From contig NW_024704764.1 of the NCBI RefSeq assembly GCF_018977255.1, forward strand, positions 10,230,001 through 10,294,000: DNA of 64,000 nt. The letters are read 5' to 3'. The position numbers were made by a program, and so were the translations under genes. The notes below the pieces were generated by a model. The model made no database searches and was not told the origin of the DNA. It saw nothing but the letters and a program-made list of their open reading frames with translations. Positions 15,001 to 37,472 of this stretch are shown in pieces (position 1 is the first letter of the stretch; each line of letters opens with the position of its first letter). The DNA comes from Callorhinchus milii. Its lineage: Eukaryota.

Positions 15001-17388
15001 TACAGTGGGTACAGAGAGAGGTCAACTTCCTGTAAACCCGAGGGTGAATTTGCTCAAACACCAAAAGAGGAAATGCATCAGGAAATGCTGAATAAGAGAC
15101 ACTGACAGCCCACTGTCAGTCACACAAGATCTGGCCGCACCAGCCTCCAGCCTTATTGAGCGGAGATTAACCCCTTGCCTCCCGCACGGCTGTGAGCGAC
15201 AGTGGATGAAGGCGATGGTGATGGGAGCTGTTTGGGGAGCGACTGGGTGTGTCCTGGTTACTGGAGCCTGACGCTGACTTTGACGTCTTCCCGACGCTCG
15301 ATAAGAATGTTACTTGTGCTGTTTGTCGCCCAAAGGGTGTGACGTGCTGGTATGCCACGGCCTGGGGAGGAAGGGGAGCAGCTCCATTCACAGATACCCA
15401 GAGAGCAGCCTCGGAACATGAGCCATCCTCACCGCCTGTAACCCTCCCCAGCTTCGGGTGATTACAGTCAGTGTCTGTTTACAGAGGGGAGGAGGCAGGA
15501 TGAATATTTCTCTCTCTCTGTCGACCCTGTCTCCCCCCCACTACCCTGCCCCCACCGCTCTCTCTCCTGCTCCTTATCTAAGATCTAGAAGTTGATAACG
15601 ATTTCGTGGTTTCACACAAATTGTAGTGGAATCCCTTCGTGTGTCACACACTGACGCCCACACACACTGTCATTCCCAGATTCTAAAGTCAATCATCTGC
15701 AGTAATGCACAGCGTGGGTCAGTTGCCAAGGCGTACACACTCACACCCACACTCACACCAGGTGCACTCACACCCACACCCACACCAGGTACCCTCACAC
15801 CCACATTCACACCAGGTAGCCTCACACCCACATCCACACCAGGTACCCTCACACCCACACTAGGTACCCTCACACCCACACTCACACCAGGTGCACTCAC
15901 ACCCACACCAGGTGCACTCACACCCACACCAGGTGCACTCACACCCACACCAGGTGCACTCACACCCACACCAGATAGCCTCACACCCACACCAGGTAGC
16001 CTCACACCCACACCAGGTAGCCTCACACCCACACCAGGTAGCCTCACACCCACACCAGGTAGCCTCACACCCACACCAGGTACCCTCACACCCACACCAG
16101 GTACCCTCACACCCACACCAGGTACCCTCACACCCACACCAGGTACCCTCACACCCACACCAGGTACCCTCACACCCACACCAGGTACCCTCACACCCAC
16201 ACCAGGTACCCTCACACCCACACCAGGTACCCTCACACCCACACCAGGTACCCTCACACCCACACCAGGTACCCTCACACCCACACCAGGTACCCTCACA
16301 CCCACACCAGGTACCCTCACACCCACACCAGGTGCCCTCACACCCACACTCACACCAGGTACCCTCACACCCACACTCACACCAGGTACCCTCACACCCA
16401 CACTCACACCAGGTACCCTCACACCCACACTCACACCAGGTACCCTCACACCCACACTCACACCAGGTACCCTCACACACACACCAGGTACCCTCACACC
16501 CACACTCACACCAGGTACCCTCACACCCACACTCACACCAGGTACCCTCACACGCAGAGTCGGTAACAATCGCACTCACACCCGAGCATCTAAGTTAGTA
16601 CCTTTCCATGTGGCCGAAACCTATTAAAACCCTACCCAGGACACACTTAGAATATTGCAGTGACTGTGTTGGGTCGACAAACACGGCAGCGATTTGCCAC
16701 AAACAATGGCAACTTGTATCTGAAGGATTGTTGGCCCGGGACACTGAGAGAGAAACGGGCTTCTGGTTTCGGACAGTTAATGGGTGTTTGTTCAGTATTC
16801 AGACTCCAAAGTCCAGGCTACGAACTCTGAGAACCACTGATCCCACCCACCCTACAGCTCTGCACAATACTGAACCACGGTGGGTAGGTGGGTGGGGGGC
16901 TGGGAGGGGCACCAGGTCCTTTTACAGCCTCGTCAGGACCCTGTGACTGCGACGCTGCCCCCCACCCCACCTCCCCACAGCCTCCGACACAGCGACAGGC
17001 GACAGCCAGCGATTGGGACTGTGACTGTGACAAGGAAGCGAAGATTTTCTGAGTTGCACTGACAACCTCAGGCCGATTCATTCTTATCCAGGACAGTCCC
17101 ACATCACGGGCACGCGTACACAGCGCGCACACACACACACAACGCGCACACACACAGTGCACACACACAGTGCACAAACTCACACACAGTGCACACACGC
17201 AACGTACAAACTCACACGCAGTGCACACACACAGTGTACAAACTCACACACAGTGCACAAACTTACAGTGCACACACACAGTGCACAAACTTACACAGTG
17301 CACACACACAGCGCACACAGTCACACACACACAGCGCACAGTCACACAACGCACAGTCACACAACGCACAGTCGCAACAACACACACC

Positions 17389-17420
<32 letters not shown>

Positions 17421-18724
17421 GAGCGAGGCACAGAACTGCTAACACGTACCTTAGTACTGAGGTTTTCTTCGTTGGATGTCAGCCTCTCTCTGTGTGTGTG
17501 CAAGGGTGTGGGTGTGAGTATGGGTGGGTGTGAGGGGGTGTGTGAGGGGGTGTGTACGGGTGAGAGTGTCGGCTTGGGTGAGAGTGTGGGGCTGGGTGTG
17601 GATGTGTGCGAGGCTTTGTGTACGGGTGAGTATATGGGTGTGTCTGAGGGTATGTGTATGGGTGAGAGTGTTGGCTTGGGTGAGCGTGTGGGACTGGGTG
17701 CGTGTGAAGGTGACAGTGTCGGCTTGGGTGAGAGTGTAGGTCTGGGTGTGTGGGTGGGTGTGTGTGAGGGTGTGTGTGTGGGAGTGTGTGAGGGTGTGTG
17801 TTTGGGAGTGTGTGAGGGTGTGTGTGTGGGCACAAGTTCCAGTGGAGCTGCAGCCTTGGCCAATGGCAGGTCTGGGATGGTCTCGTAGATGTTCTCTGAG
17901 CCGAAGTCTGGGGTTTGGGGCAGGAGCTGAGTGGGGGAAGTTTTGGGGGATGGCAGTGTCACCCCCATGTGGTCTGTGCTGGGACTGCAGGTCCCGTGCT
18001 GTGTTGAGTTGACCATGTCGGTTTGGCTGTTGGCTTTGGTGGGCCGGAGGCTGTGTCCGGGTTCCTGAGAGCCGAGAGCAACCGGAGGACAGAACCTCTC
18101 TGTGAGGCTGAGTCTCTGCACACGGTTTGTCTTCCCTTTGGAGGAGAGTCGCAGCGTTGAACTCTGACCTTTTGGTATTTTGGTGGCGGACGCCAAGATT
18201 GGGCCCAGGTCGCTGGGGATCATGGCCGCGGGGGGACAATTCTCTTCGCCGGAAGCCGGAGCTCCATCGGGTGTCTGCGTCCTGGTCTGCGGAGTGCTCG
18301 CTCTGCCCGGTGGATTGACCGCATATCCTTGGCCACACTGGCTCTCGGCCGGACTGTGTGCGGGTGTGTTTTTTTCTACCTCTGGGCTGGGAGCAGGAGC
18401 TGAGGAGCTGTGCATCTCTGGGAGTCGTGGCTCAGACTCGCTCAGACCTGGACTAATCTCCTCCCGGCTCCCGGTAACGGCTGATCCATTCACGCACTGC
18501 AGCCCGGAGCCGGGCAGCTCCTTGACGTAATTGGCCGGGACGTAGAAGGGTTTGGTCTCCTGGTCTTTCCTGACGTGCCACCAGTGCTGGGTGGTTCTCG
18601 AGAGGAGATGATATCTCTCGTTCTCCCGGATGGTAATGAGCCGTCCGTCCCTGGCTGTGTACTCGTAATTAAACTCCACCTGGACCAGAGGCAGAGCCTG
18701 GCCAGAAGCCTTGGACGCCTCCAT
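1..18724 (-). CDS. ARHGAP27: Rho GTPase-activating protein 27 (SH3-WW-PH-RhoGAP), 3'-truncated by the window edge
   Basis: Coding exons with GT-AG boundaries and consistent phases: 17450-18724 (SH3 VEFNYEYTARDGRLITIRENERYHLL...HWWHVR...PFYVPANYVKEL; SENIYETIPDL), 6972-7396 (two WW domains; 1-bp frameshift near 7057), 6529-6735 (PPGWSCHTD, WW), 5556-5648 (WIRHMDD...SEWDLP), 4542-4676, 3886-3972, 3530-3597, 3261-3348, 1647-1751, 1058-1156 (PH: LEKVGILNRAKV...RKNWATSWTVL...DKSSKKHVLELKTRSGSEYLIQ), 655-754, 208-330 (KLKKLLQRRPTLQSVRDRGYI), 1-81 (DQVFGCSL...VPRFV, start of RhoGAP). Adjacency to PLEKHM1 favours ARHGAP27 over ARHGAP12/9/15. Confidence 0.93.
880..1048. repeat. Minisatellite (CCCCGGTAACCTCACAG / CCCCGGTAACCCC)
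   Basis: Direct tandem copies are visible. Confidence 0.9.
1262..1580. repeat. G-rich minisatellite, unit about 22 bp (GGGTACAGGAGGTGGGGAGGGGG)
   Basis: About 13 tandem units in an ARHGAP27 intron; G-quadruplex-prone. Confidence 0.95.
2336..2675 (-). mobile_element. Full-length tRNA-derived SINE with (TTA)n tail
   Basis: The minus-strand head GGAGTCCTGTAGCTCAGTGGTTAGAGCAC...GGTTCAATTCC carries A and B boxes, and the body recurs throughout the window. Partial copies lie at about 416-585, 2676-2812, 4161-4478, 7635-7845, 9100-9250, 11300-11452, 12540-12715, 14520-14610, 21010-21115, 29508-29790, 30095-30340, 41737-41895, 42595-42710, 51430-51600 and 56100-56270. Confidence 0.9.
3157..3248. 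repeat. 16-bp minisatellite (CAGCCAGTGCGCCAGG)
   Basis: About 5 tandem units. Confidence 0.9.
5190..5515 (-). mobile_element. tRNA-derived SINE, diverged near-full-length copy
   Basis: Same tail, body and GAGCTACAGGACTCC head end as the copy at 2336-2675. Confidence 0.8.
12997..13660. repeat. Compound GGGCACAG/GAGCGAG minisatellite
   Basis: Tandem short units; source of the spurious ALCP/CPAL ORFs. Confidence 0.95.
15735..16552. repeat. 21/27-bp minisatellite (CCAGGTACCCTCACACCCACA)
   Basis: More than 30 highly homogeneous tandem units. Confidence 0.97.
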
Positions 18725-19719
18725 CTGCAGCTGCCTCTCCTAGTGCTGAGCCCCCATCACTGGAACACAACAACAACATGTTACATCTACACAGCACCCT
18801 CCATGTCCCAAGGACCTGAGTTGGTCCCTTCGCCTCGCTTCCGCCCTCACCTCAAGACCCTTCTCTTCAACCGTGCCTTTTGTCTCCCTCCCACCTCTCT
18901 GCCTTCTCTCACCCCTACCCCAGCCATCCCCCATGCTCGGACCCCGACACCTGACTGTTCAGCGCTTTGGGACGTCCTCCGTGACGTGAAAGGGGCTCTA
19001 TAAATGTCAGTTTGTTGTTGTTGTTGAGGGTTGGGACCAGGAGGGGTGGAAGGCGGGGAGGGTGGAGGTAGGAGGGTGGTCAAAGGCGTGGTGGAAGAGG
19101 GAGGTCTCGAAGGAGGCAAGGGTGGGGGCGCGAGGTGAAGGGAATGTGAGATGGAGTTCCAGAGGGTGGGTGCAGAGAGGCTGAAGGCATGACAGGCGAT
19201 GGTGTGGTGGTGGGGGTGGGGGGGATTGGATGGCAGGGACATGGGTCAGGCCGGAGCCCATTGAGAACCATTCACACGCGCACACAGCAGAAACAGACTT
19301 GCACACACACAACCACACACATCCACACACACCCAACTTCACACAGCCATACGTGCACACCCACTCTCACACACTCACATACACCCTCCCACAGCCACAC
19401 CTTCGCACACCCTCACACATTCTCACACACACCCTCACACCCACATACACTCATGTACACCCTCACACACCCACACACATATCATCACATACACACACAC
19501 ACTTTCACACACACACCCTCATACACCACAGCCACACATACATCCTCACATACCTACACAAACAACCTCACACACAGCCTCACACACACACCCTTATACA
19601 CACACACAAACACCCTCACACACTTATTTCCCCATTCGCTCACACACTTTCTCACACTCACTCTCACACACAAGCACAGCAAGAGCCGATTCAGGATACT
19701 GGATGCCACTGACAGTGAA

Positions 19720-20105
19720 CGAGTGAGTGAGTGAGTCAGGGAGGGAGAGTGAGTGAGTGAGTCAGGGAGGGAGAGTGAGTGAGTGAGTCAGGGAGGGAGA
19801 GTGAGTGAGTGAGTCAGGGAGGGAGAGTGAGTGAGTGAGTCAGGGAGGGAGAGTGAGTGAGTGAGTCAGGGAGGGAGAGAGAGTGAGTGAGTCAGGGAGG
19901 GAGAGAAAGTGAGTGAGTCAGGGAGGGAGAGAAAGTGAGTGAGTCAGGGAGGGAGAGAAAGTGAGTGAGTCAGGGAGGGAGAGAAAGTGAGTGAGTCAGG
20001 GAGGGAGAGAAAGTGAGTGAGTCAGGGAGGGAGTGAGTGAGCGAGTGAGTGAGCGAGTGAGTTAGGGAGAGTCAGTGAGTGAGGGAGAGAGTGAGGGAGG
20101 GAGGG
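19720..20105. repeat. Minisatellite, unit about 24 bp (GAGTGAGTGAGTCAGGGAGGGAGA)
   Basis: Tandem units. Confidence 0.93.
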
Positions 20106-23100
20106 AGGAAACGAGGGGATGTGCTGTGGTTTTTTAGGTGTTTTTCAGATTCAGTGTCCTAGTGAAGTCGGCTGCTGTGACCCACTTATTGCTGATCAAC
20201 ACCTGGTAGCTCAACACTCACATCCTGACAGTGTTATTGTGTGCTTAAGGCCCCGGAGAGATGCTACAACAACAACAAACTGACATTTATAGCGCGTCTT
20301 TCATGTCGGGAGGTCGTCCCAAAGAGCTGAATAGTCAGATGTTGGGGCCCAAGTTTGGGGGAAGGGTGGTGTAGGGGTGTGGGAAGGCAGAGAGGTGGGT
20401 GGGAGATCAAATGCACGATCGAAGAGAAGAGTCTTGAGACTGGCTGGGGTAGGCGTGAGGGAAGGCAGAGAGGTGGGAGGGAGACCAAAGGCACGGTTGA
20501 AGAGAAGGGTCTTGAGGAGGCGAGGGCGGAAGTGAGGCGAAGCCAGTGGAGTGGGCAACAACAACTTTCATTGATATAGTGCCCCTCACCCAATGCCACT
20601 CACACAGGGCAGTGCCACTCACACAGGGTAGCCCCTCACACAGTGCCACTCACACAGGGCAGTGCCACTCACACAGGGTAGCCAGCTGCACAACAACAAC
20701 AAGATTACATTTGTATAGCGCCTTTCACATCAGTGTTTGTGATCTTCGATCTTCGCTGAGATTCAACGCAGGATAATCTCATTGCTACAGCGTTTACTTA
20801 ATCTTCACTAAAGAGGAAATTACATCAAGTCATTCTCACATTAGATTTTGTGATGAGAATGTTGGAATGTCTTCCAAAATGGGGCGTTTCTGTGTTGTGT
20901 ATGTGCCAGATCCCACAAAAAAACCGTGACGTAACTTGATCGATCGACCAGGAGGGATTGATGTCCGGGGTGTTGGGGGAAACTCCCTTCTCTTCTACAA
21001 TCGTGCCTTAATAATAATAATAATAATAATCCTTGCATTTGATATAGCGCTTTTCACGTCGGGAGGACGTCCCAAAGTGCTTCACAGAACACACTGTAAA
21101 GTGAATTGACTGCATTCAACACACTCCTGAACCCTTAGCGCCTCAGTTCCTTGCCTTGACTGAGGGACAGTGACTGGCCCCCAGCACTGTGCTGACTTGG
21201 TCTGTGAGCATCTGACAAGGGGGGTTAAAACCCCCAATGCCCTGACCCCAGAGGCCAGAGTGAGACAGACTGAGTCAGGCTGAAACCTCTCACGTCTCAA
21301 ATATGAAATGAATTCAGCGTGTGACTAAACTTAGGCAGGGCAGGGCAGGACAATAGAGCAAATTGTGCTCCTCAAAGTCACATAATTACAGTTCTGAGTC
21401 GTCCCCGTAACAACAGCTAATTACGAAGTGGTTTAATTGCCTCCAGTTCAGGACGGAAATTATTTCTGGACCACTTGCTGCCCCGGCCAAAGTGTGACTC
21501 TGGCTGTGATCAAAATAAACATGCGATACTTAACTCTCTCGACGCCAGCACAGCCTGGTGCAGGGAACCCCAGGCGCGAGAGAGTTTGCTTGCTGTGACT
21601 TGCTCACAGGCATGTCCCTGCAGAGCAGTGAGCATTAACCAGCTGTTTATTAGCCAATAACTGGTTAGGAAAAACTCCTATCATTTTACTTTAAGGGATA
21701 TTAATTATTTGTCATTTGTTTGTTGTGCGGGGACCTTCCAGGGAACTATGGGTCTCTCACTGTGTCAAGAGACCCTCACTGATCCCCTTACATCTCCATC
21801 CTGGTTTTAGCCACTTCCCCGCCACTTACACCAGCTGCTCCTTCCACTGACACTCATCAACCACGTACAATAATAATACTAAAACCCTCACACCCTTAAC
21901 CATGGTGACAGATTTCCCCATGTGTAAAACATCCGGCTGACCAAACTAAATTCACACACACCCTCAAACAAGTGCATTCCAATTCCCTGTTCTTTCCCCA
22001 TCCTGTCTGTGCTGGTGCTCGCTCCCCATTGGAGCTCTCTACTCTAATCCCATTCTTTATGGTGCAGGCTCCCTAGCGAGACGGATGGTGGAAGCATTGT
22101 TTGTTTCAAGAACAAATTAGATTTTGGCTAGAAATCTTGGGGATACAATATATAGTTTGGGACACGACATGTCAAGCAACCGCCAGGCTGGTTGTAGGCA
22201 AGCTAGATGGACCTTGGTGTTTTTCGCCTAGCAAATTCTTATGTTACAGGCACACTTAACATATACACACACACACACTCACCCACACACACACCATTTC
22301 CTAAGCTGTATTTTTATCCAAGTATTGGAAGAGAACAGAAAGCAGAAATAGAAATAGAGAAGTGCCTTCTGGCAACATGCTATTCCTAAGTTCACATTTA
22401 CCACTCATTGCAAGATCAGTACTGTTCCTCTTATTACACACTGCTCCCCCCACCATAACACAAAACCCACTCAACTGGGCTACAGAGGTTATAGCACAGC
22501 ATCAAGTCCCCCATCGTGTCTGGGCTGGGACTCGCTTTCCCACTGGAACTCTCTACTTCAACCCCATTCCCTGCTCTCTCCCTCTCTCTTCCCATCTTGA
22601 CTGTGCTGGTTCTCACTTCCCACTGGAGCTCTCTGCCTCCACCCTTCGATTCTAGGCACAGAAAATAAACTTGTAGCCTTTGGGTTTCGTGACTGTGTGG
22701 TTAGGGCCTGGACTGACTGAGCAGCTTGTGTTCAGATGGAGAAACTTCTGGACGGCTGCTTTGTTGCTGCAGCCGAAGGTTGTGTGAGGAGCAGTGACCA
22801 GTGAGAAAATGATCCAGTCGACAATATTTCTTTTCAAAGTTTTTGAAAGTGTCTCTCTAATGAAAAGTATTCTCTGCCATTGTCGCAACCTTTTACATTC
22901 GGCCATTCGTTATAGGGACATAGGAACAGGAGGAGGGCATTCAGGCCCTCAAGCCTGTTCCACCATTCTATAAGATCACAGCTGATCTGTACCTCAACTC
23001 CAATTACCCGCCCTTGTCCCGTATCCCTCAATACCCTGACTTCACAAACATGTATCCACCCTCAGTCTTGAAAACTTGAATGGAACCAACATCAATTCAT

Positions 23101-23759
23101 TACTTAATGGTTAATTCATTTGTCAATTCATTAAAACACCACAGGTTCCTACAAGAGAGAAGAAAGGGGAAGGTTCTGTTTACCTGAAGCTCAGTGAAGC
23201 CTGGTCCTGAACTTTACTTCGTGAGGAAATGGCTGCAGTTAAAACGCACCGTCCTGAACAGCTTCCACCAAATCCAGCGGAACTTCCCCCGTTTCCTCTT
23301 CTGCTGGTGCCACACACGCTCCGTGTGTGAAGCGTTCCTCCCGAGAGCCAGCGATGTGGATTGCTGCTGTCTGTCTGTCTGTCTGTCTGCTCTCCCCCCC
23401 TCTCTCTCGCTCTCTCTCTCTGGTTTCCTGCCTTGATGTGTGCGGTTTCACTCTCGGTTTGCGAGCGACAAAGACTGTAAAACATCAGCCAAAGCCACTA
23501 GCGACAGCAACTTGCTCACAGAATCACGATTCCTCTTGTTATCACAAAAAGTGACTGGTTAAAGACGACAATAATACCACATCCATACAGTAGGAGGCAG
23601 GGCAGAGGCAGGTGGGTGGCATTACCCAGTCACAGATGCCCACAGAATCATGCCAGCCAGACTACAGCTGGTGTGTAAATCGTGGTGGTGTTGGCACACC
23701 AGCAGCAAGGGAGGGGGTGCCTTTGGTGAAGGAGAATAACCTTACAAGTAAAGTACTCG

Positions 23760-24096
23760 TCTCGCAATCCAGAGGAACTGGGTTCGATTCTGGGGCAGGG
23801 CAAAGCCCAAGGCAAGTTTCCTTACTCCACACACACGGTCCTGTTAACCTAGCAGTAAGTACGAACACAGTTGTTAGTCGATTGGCAGATCGCTTTTCTG
23901 GAGGTATTAATTCCTTCCAAAAAAAATGTGGTCACCCAATCCACGACTGTTTTGTGGGATGCTGCTGTGCGCAATCGGCTACTATTTTTCGCCCACAAAA
24001 TACACAGTCACTACACTTTACAGCGTATTCTGTGAAGCACTTTGAGATGTCTCAATGACACGATAAGGCGCTGTAGCAAATGCAAGGATTATTATT
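23760..24096 (+). mobile_element. tRNA-derived SINE, plus orientation
   Basis: B box GGGTTCGATTC, same body, ending in AAATGCAAGGATTATTATT. Confidence 0.8.
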
Positions 24097-27000
24097 CTTA
24101 CCATTTACTGAAGTCGAAGTGAAAAAGGTTGCCAACGGTGTTCCCAAAAGCACTGGGTGTCAGACACACGACTGTTAGTGTCCAGGCAGTGGAGGGTTTG
24201 ACAGATTTCAGGGACAAGACTTAACATGGACAGAGTCTTTGCCAAGATCGGCCGTGGAGGAGGCATACAAACAGGGCGGCCTGGCAGAGGGGAAGGGAAG
24301 ATCTTCAGACGGCAGCTGTGAGAGTTTGGCAGAGAACCAGAGGAAGTTCACTGCCGCTCACAGCGACACAGGACGGATGAGGTTTACATTTGACACTCGG
24401 TTTGTAAACTTACTCAGCTTCTGAGAAAGAGGATGAAGCCGTTCGAGGGGGCGATCTCACACCAACAGCAGCACCGACAATAACAGTCTCTGCTCTGTGC
24501 GGCAGCAGCCTCAAGCAGCAATGACTCCCAACAGCGTCCCGGGCAGCCGATAGCACACACAGACGGGTCGGGGCTCGTTCACAAGGTGTGGTTCATTCCA
24601 GTGAAATCTGAAAGCCACAGAGGTGAGGCGGTGTCTGATGGTGAGGAAACGTTGTGCTTGCTGAGGAGCTGGAAGCACACACTCACTCACTCACACACAG
24701 GGGACTTCGGGCACAGTGAACAGCACTTCTGATATGAAGCCTTTAGCGGGTTAAGTCATCTCCCAGCGCTTCACAGCAGTTGTCGAGTTGTTGAAGTGAC
24801 TGAGAAGCTCATCAATGCGTTTTCACGTGGCCTCTGCGCACACCAGCTCCGCTCTTGTCGGTCGCCGCATTGGGTGCCAACCACGGGACAGGCTGGGTGG
24901 GCTGAATGTCCTCCACCTGTTCCTAATGCCCTCGCTAAATATTTAACGGCATAATTTCAATCGCTTAGACTTAAGAGCAAAAGGAATTTCTGCATCACAC
25001 CTACTCGCTTTCAAACCCTTTCGGTGGAGCTGGATTCCCGCAGAGGGCGAGGATGGTGTCGCACAGTCCTGCAGTGGGCAGTTCGGTATCCGCCTGTATT
25101 TGTGGTTTGCAAATCTGGAACCGATGCTGCACATGACGGAATGTTGCTCTGACCGTCTGCTTTGCCGCAGTGGCCAGAACTGGGCACCAGAGACCGGGTG
25201 CAGGTGAGGGTCCTGACCACAGGGCGGCGCTAACTCACCACTGAGAGCACAGCCACCAATGTCCAGAGCAGATCCAGACATTAAAGCCATCGTTTAGATA
25301 TGTTTTAACTGTATTTTGGGAGGTAACGTCCTGTGGCTGAGCCACTAACCCCTGTACCTGTCCAGGCCGATGTTAAAGATCCCGTTACACTATTGGAAAC
25401 GTCTCCCTATAATAAACCCACCAGTTATTCCCCTCGCACCTGACTCCACGCACGGCTGCGTTTTACACTCGATAGCAATTCCCTGTGAAGCGCTCGGAGG
25501 CGTTCGGACATCGCAGTCGCTGGGTCACGGGCCGGGGCATTATCGCTGTTTACAAGCCCGGCCCTGTCCAGGAGACGGTCTTGCCCTGTAATGGCCAATG
25601 CTTCTGGTTAACACAGAAATGCACATGACGATCACCGTCGTTCAGTCCCCACTCGCCCTCGGACTGCGACCACTTTTATAACCAGAGTTCGACTTCGGTT
25701 TATAAAAAAGGGAAACCGATTTAAGGGTTTGGAAACCATTGTGATACAATATCATGTGAGTCATCGCATGACCCTCCATCAGACACCAACGTTAACACCT
25801 TCAAACAGCAACACGTCACTGGCTCCCAATCCCAAACTCACTGTCACAGCACATTGCTCGTGTGAAAATTGCACATTAAACTGATATAAGTTTATAGTTT
25901 AATTGCCATCACACACACACACACACACACAGCTGCCCCTGACACATCGAGTCAGCTCTGGGACTGAAGCAGAGTTTCAAAGTCCTTCTGATCAAGATTA
26001 AAAGCTAAAGAGCAGCAGAGGTCAGCATGTGCTGAGGAAAACACACTGTGCACACCTGCCGCTGAGTCGGTTTCCTGCTCAGAATCAGACGTTAGTTGTA
26101 AAAAATAGCTTTTTGAGAAGTGACTTGTGATCGATGGGGAAATCGTCAGGAGCGAGAAGTAAAAAAAAAAGTAAAACTGCCGAGTTAATAAAACCAGGCA
26201 CACACGGCACGTTTAAAATTCAGATCTTTTTAATGGCATTATTGTTAAGAAAATAGAAATGACCAGAGAGAGCCTGTGTTTTAGTAAATCTTAATCATCA
26301 TCATCCGTGTCGCTATGTCAAGTAAAGCAGAGTTTACATTGCAAACAGCCGGTCTTAAAAAAAAGAAACTTGTAGAAAAAAAACGTAAGGATCAGAAAGT
26401 GACGTAAGGCTGAATCTCGCTCTGACCTCCAAGTATCAAACCCGGAGTTAGTGAACAGAAAGCGATTGACAACACCTCCGGAACCTCTGTCCTCAGTGTT
26501 TGTGCGGTTATCGTTTGCTATGATTAATGCACAGCGTCCCTCAAACTGCTGAAAAGACCTGCAGTTACAATTCGGGTGGATTTTAAATGCAGGAGGACAG
26601 ACACGTGGTCTCATAAGAAAGAATGAGTTGCATATTAATTGCACATAAAAGACAATCCCATATGTCGGTGACCAGAATCAGCGCCCACCCCCTGCCCCCA
26701 CCCACTGTCTGACACAAACACAGTGGTGTAACAGGTCACAGAGTGCGTTAACAGAAGCTTCTGGTTCCCGGAGGACCCCCCCCCCCCCCCCCCCGACTGT
26801 CGCCTGGACACCCGCTGCTCCCTGTTCGGGAAAGGTTTAAAGTGAATCAAAGTTAATCTGTGTCCAACACTAACGGGCGGAGCCAGTGGGAGTTCCACGG
26901 AATGTCCTTCGGAGACCACACTGGTTTTTACCCCCAGTTATTCTCACAGCAGTAGACGGTTTAAAATGACCTCGGAATGTCTTCCCGGGAGCGAAGCCGC

Positions 27001-27714
27001 TGCTCAGGCCCCCCACAGGGCCCCCACGGGTTCCCCCACTGGGCCCCCCACGAGCTCCCCACAGGGCCCCCACGGGCTCCCCACAGGGCCCCCCACGGAG
27101 AGCTCGCACCTCAGACAGCGAGAAAGTGCACGTTCGCTTTGACACGAGTATTAAGGTACGTCGAGACGTTCCCCCCCCCACTCCCCCGTACCAGTGATCG
27201 TGCCAACACTCACTATTTACACGAGGGCCCGTTAGCAAAGTGCAGACGTGCTGAGGATTGACACCGTCACGCACTCACTCACGCACTCACAAACGCTGTA
27301 TGTAAACGTTACACCGTTCATGCCATATACATACAATATCCTCGCACACGGGACATGGCTCGGAGTCCCCGCGGTGTAAGTTCAAAACAGCTTAAATACG
27401 AAAGACAGAATCATACAGTACAATCGGGTGTGAGGTGTGGAGTGGAGGAGCGTAATGGCGATCACACGGATAACAGTCTGTCAGTGTGTCAAACCCTGAC
27501 ACTCGCCTTGGAAAGGGGGGGAGCGACACACTGGCCCTGGGAGCCACCAGGGTTTGTCTGGCAGAGTGGGGGGGGGGGAATCCCCTCCGTTTCCCCCGCT
27601 TTCCAATCACAGCCACAGTGTCCCCAGCCCCCCCCCCCTCCCCCTGTTAGTGTGTATCTGTATGTGTTTGTGTGTGTGCGGTGTCTATGTAGTGTTTGTG
27701 TCTGTGTTTGTGTC

Positions 27715-27746
<32 letters not shown>

Positions 27747-27807
27747 TGACATGCCACCCCCCCCCCCCCCTCCCAGCTCTAGCTCTGACTGCAGTAGTGA
27801 ACAGAGG

Positions 27808-36276
<8,469 letters not shown>

Positions 36277-37144
36277 GGTTGCTCCGACGCTTGAGGGACG
36301 TCACCTTCAGACGCAGAGACAGACGCAGACATGGGGGTTAGGATCACAGGAAGAACAATGACCAGACCTCGAACTCCCAACGCTGCCCCAACGGCTGCTG
36401 CGCTCCGGGGACCTCTCAGCACTTGTAGAACCCGCCCGAGGGACAGCTCAGCTTTGGCGAAGCTCCGGCCAAAAGCGTCGAGAAGCGGTGTGTGGGCGCG
36501 TGTGCGTGTATGCGTGTGTGTGTGGGCGCGTGTGCTCACTAGCCTGCAACACCAACACAGTTCCACTTTGCAACCTCCTCCCCTGCAGTTCCCCGTCACA
36601 GCAGGAAATTGCTCAACACCAGGACACAGAGTTTCTAAACCCTTGTGGACAAGACATCCCGATTTCCCGACAAGCTGCTGACGCTCCAGCGCTGGGGGTG
36701 GGGTTGGGGGTGGCGGGGGGGTGGGGGGGATGGGCAGCACCACACGCTCAGAGACGGCGGCTGTCAGATGAGACGTTAAAACCTCGCTCCCCGTCACGGT
36801 GGTAGTTAACTATCTCCCCGGGCGGGAGCCGTCGGGTAAAGAGAGGAGAGTTTCTCTCTCTCTCTCTCTCTCTCTCTCCCGACTCCCGGTTCGTCTCGGC
36901 CGATCCCTCGTCCCTTCTCTCCCGATTCGGACACCGATTGAACGACTCGGAGAAAAGCAATTCAGACGACGACAACGACGACAACGACAACCTGTGTTTA
37001 TATATAACGCCCTGAAAACACCCGGGACAGTGGCAGCTGTTTGGGCCTCAGTATCGAGCGTTAAATGAACGGTCACTACACGATACAACAACAACTTGCA
37101 TTTGTATCGCGACCCACGTGTGGGGTAGCGTCCCCGAAGCGCTA

Positions 37145-37472
37145 CACACAGTCACTACGCTGTACACACAGTCATTACACTGTACATAGTCACTACACTG
37201 TACACGCAGTCACTACACTGGACACAGTCACTACACGGCACACACAGTCACTACACTGGATACACAGTCACTACACTGTGCACAGTCACTACACGGTACA
37301 CACAGTCACTACGCTGTATACACAGTCACTACACTGTGCACACAGTCACTACACTGTACACACAGTCACTACACTGTATATACACAGTCACTACGCTGTA
37401 CACACAGTCACTACACCGTACACAGTCACTACACTGTACACAGTCACTACACAGTCACTACACTGCACACAG
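37145..37472. repeat. CAGTCACTACACTGTACA minisatellite
   Basis: Tandem 18-22-bp units. Confidence 0.92.

Noticed and set aside
15626-16627. 333-aa mucin-like TPTPGTL ORF and overlapping ORFs
   Set aside because: Translation of an intronic minisatellite; no signal peptide, a non-ATG start, and frames open on both strands.
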